Positions 62,640 through 64,000 of a stretch of DNA of 64,000 nucleotides are shown here, in pieces. Each line of letters opens with the position of its first letter. Position 1 is the first letter of the stretch. The DNA lies in assembly GCF_044704955.1 (NCBI RefSeq), contig NC_091999.1:28272001-28336000 (forward strand), read 5' to 3'. The notes below the pieces were generated by a model. That model searched no databases. It saw only the letters and a list, made by a program, of their open reading frames with translations, and was not told the origin of the DNA. Source of the stretch: Pristiophorus japonicus. Lineage: Eukaryota. The position numbers were made by a program, and so were the translations under genes.

Positions 62640-64000
62640 TTTAGCCAGTACGTAGCAAGCCCAACAAGAGAGGGGGAAGTTCTGGACTTAGTACTAGGGA
62701 CTGAAGCTGGGCAGGTGGAAGGAGTATCGATGCGACAGCATTTTGGTGCTCGTGATCGTAATTCAGTTCGATTTAGGATAGTTATGGAAAAGGACAAAGA
62801 TAGACCAGGAATAAAAGTTCTCAATTGGGGAAAAGCCAATTTTACTAAGCTGAGATGTGATTTAGCCAAAGTGGACTGGAAACAGCAACTGGAAATGGTG
62901 AGAGATTGGGAAATGTTGGTGTTTAGAGTGACCTTGGTGTCCTTGTACACGAATCACTGAAAGTTAATATGCAGGTACAGCGAGCAATGAAGAAACCAAA
63001 TGGTATGTCAGCCTTTTATTACAAGAGGATTTGAGGATAAGAGTAAAGAACATAAGAAATAGGAACAGGAGTAGGCCGTACGGCCTCTCGAGCCTGCTCC
63101 GCCATTCAATAAGATCATGGCTGATCTGATCATGTACTCCGCTCCACTTACCCGCCCACTCCCCATAACCGCTTATCCCCTTATCCTTTAAGAAACTGTC
63201 TATTTCTGTCTTAAATTTATTTGATGTCCAGCTTCCACAGCTCTCTGATGCAGTGAGTTCCACAGATTTATAACCCTCAGAAGAAATTCCTCCTCATCTT
63301 TGCTTTAAATGGGTGGCCCTTATTCTAAGATCATGCCCTCTAGTTCGAGTCTCCCCCATCAGTGGAAACATCCTCTCTCCATCCACCTTGTCAAGCACCC
63401 TCATAATCTTATACATTTCGATAAGATCACCTCTCATTCTTCTGAATTTCAATAAGTAGAGGCCCAAACTACTCAGCCTTTCCTCATAAGTCAACCCCCT
63501 CATCCCCAGAATCAACCAAGTGAACCTTCTCTGAACGGGCTCCGAAGCAAGTAAATTCTTTCGTAAATATTGAAACCAAAACTGCATGCAGTATTCCAGG
63601 TGTGGCCTCACTAATACCTTATATAGCTGTAGCAAGACTTCCCTGCTTTTATACTCCATCCCCTTTGCAATAAAGGCCAAGATATCATTGGCCTTCCTGA
63701 TCACTTGCTGTCCCTGCATACAATCTTTTTGTGCTTCATACACAAGTGACCCCAGGTCCCACTGTACTGCAGCATTTTGTAATCTTTCTCCATTTAAATA
63801 ATAACTTGTTCCCAGACATCTTACTGCAATTATATCGGGCCTTGGTGAGACGACACCTGGAGTATTGTGTGCAGTTTGGCTGTTTACCTAAGGAAGGATG
63901 TACTTACCATTGAGGATGTTAACGAAGGTTCACCAGACTGAATCCTGGGATGGGGGGATTGTCCTGTGAGCAGAGATTGAGTAGACCAGGCCGATATTCT
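62640..64000. mobile_element. Nested CR1 fragments mirroring 46425-47790
   Basis: ORF 63294-63743 (-) CR1 RT C-terminus inside a + strand CR1. Confidence 0.8.

Larger units (their letters stand above)
61093..64000 (+). repeat. Right arm of the inverted duplication (runs off the window)
   Basis: Reverse complement of 46425-49362. Confidence 0.93.

Overview
Repeat-rich vertebrate DNA, most likely from a cartilaginous fish (shark), inferred from the Ig sequence and repeat content. (1) 3.1-17.1 kb holds a pseudogenised IgM heavy-chain constant region. CH1-CH4 keep canonical splice sites, CH1-CH3 each carry a stop or frameshift, and the secretory tail is split by a CR1 LINE. A near full-length Tx1-clade retrotransposon is nested in that CR1, directly behind a second Tx1 3' UTR that ends at the same target sequence. 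(2) 18.7-23.4 kb is a decayed endogenous retrovirus (LTR, Arg PBS, gag/RNase H/integrase remnants). (3) 25.5-43 kb is a decaying tandem array of tRNA Leu(TAA)-Ser(AGA)-Asp(GTC) units on the minus strand. (4) 43.5-45.5 kb is an env remnant with fusion-protein-like features plus a 3' LTR of a different retrovirus. (5) 46.4-64 kb has a >=2.9 kb inverted duplication flanking a Gypsy/Mag LTR element, RTE LINEs, a 67-bp satellite and a CpG island split by a 54-bp VNTR. Both arms keep a 189-nt exon-like segment with intact splice sites, suggesting a head-to-head paralogous pair. No intact host protein-coding gene was found. All calls were made by eye, without database searches.
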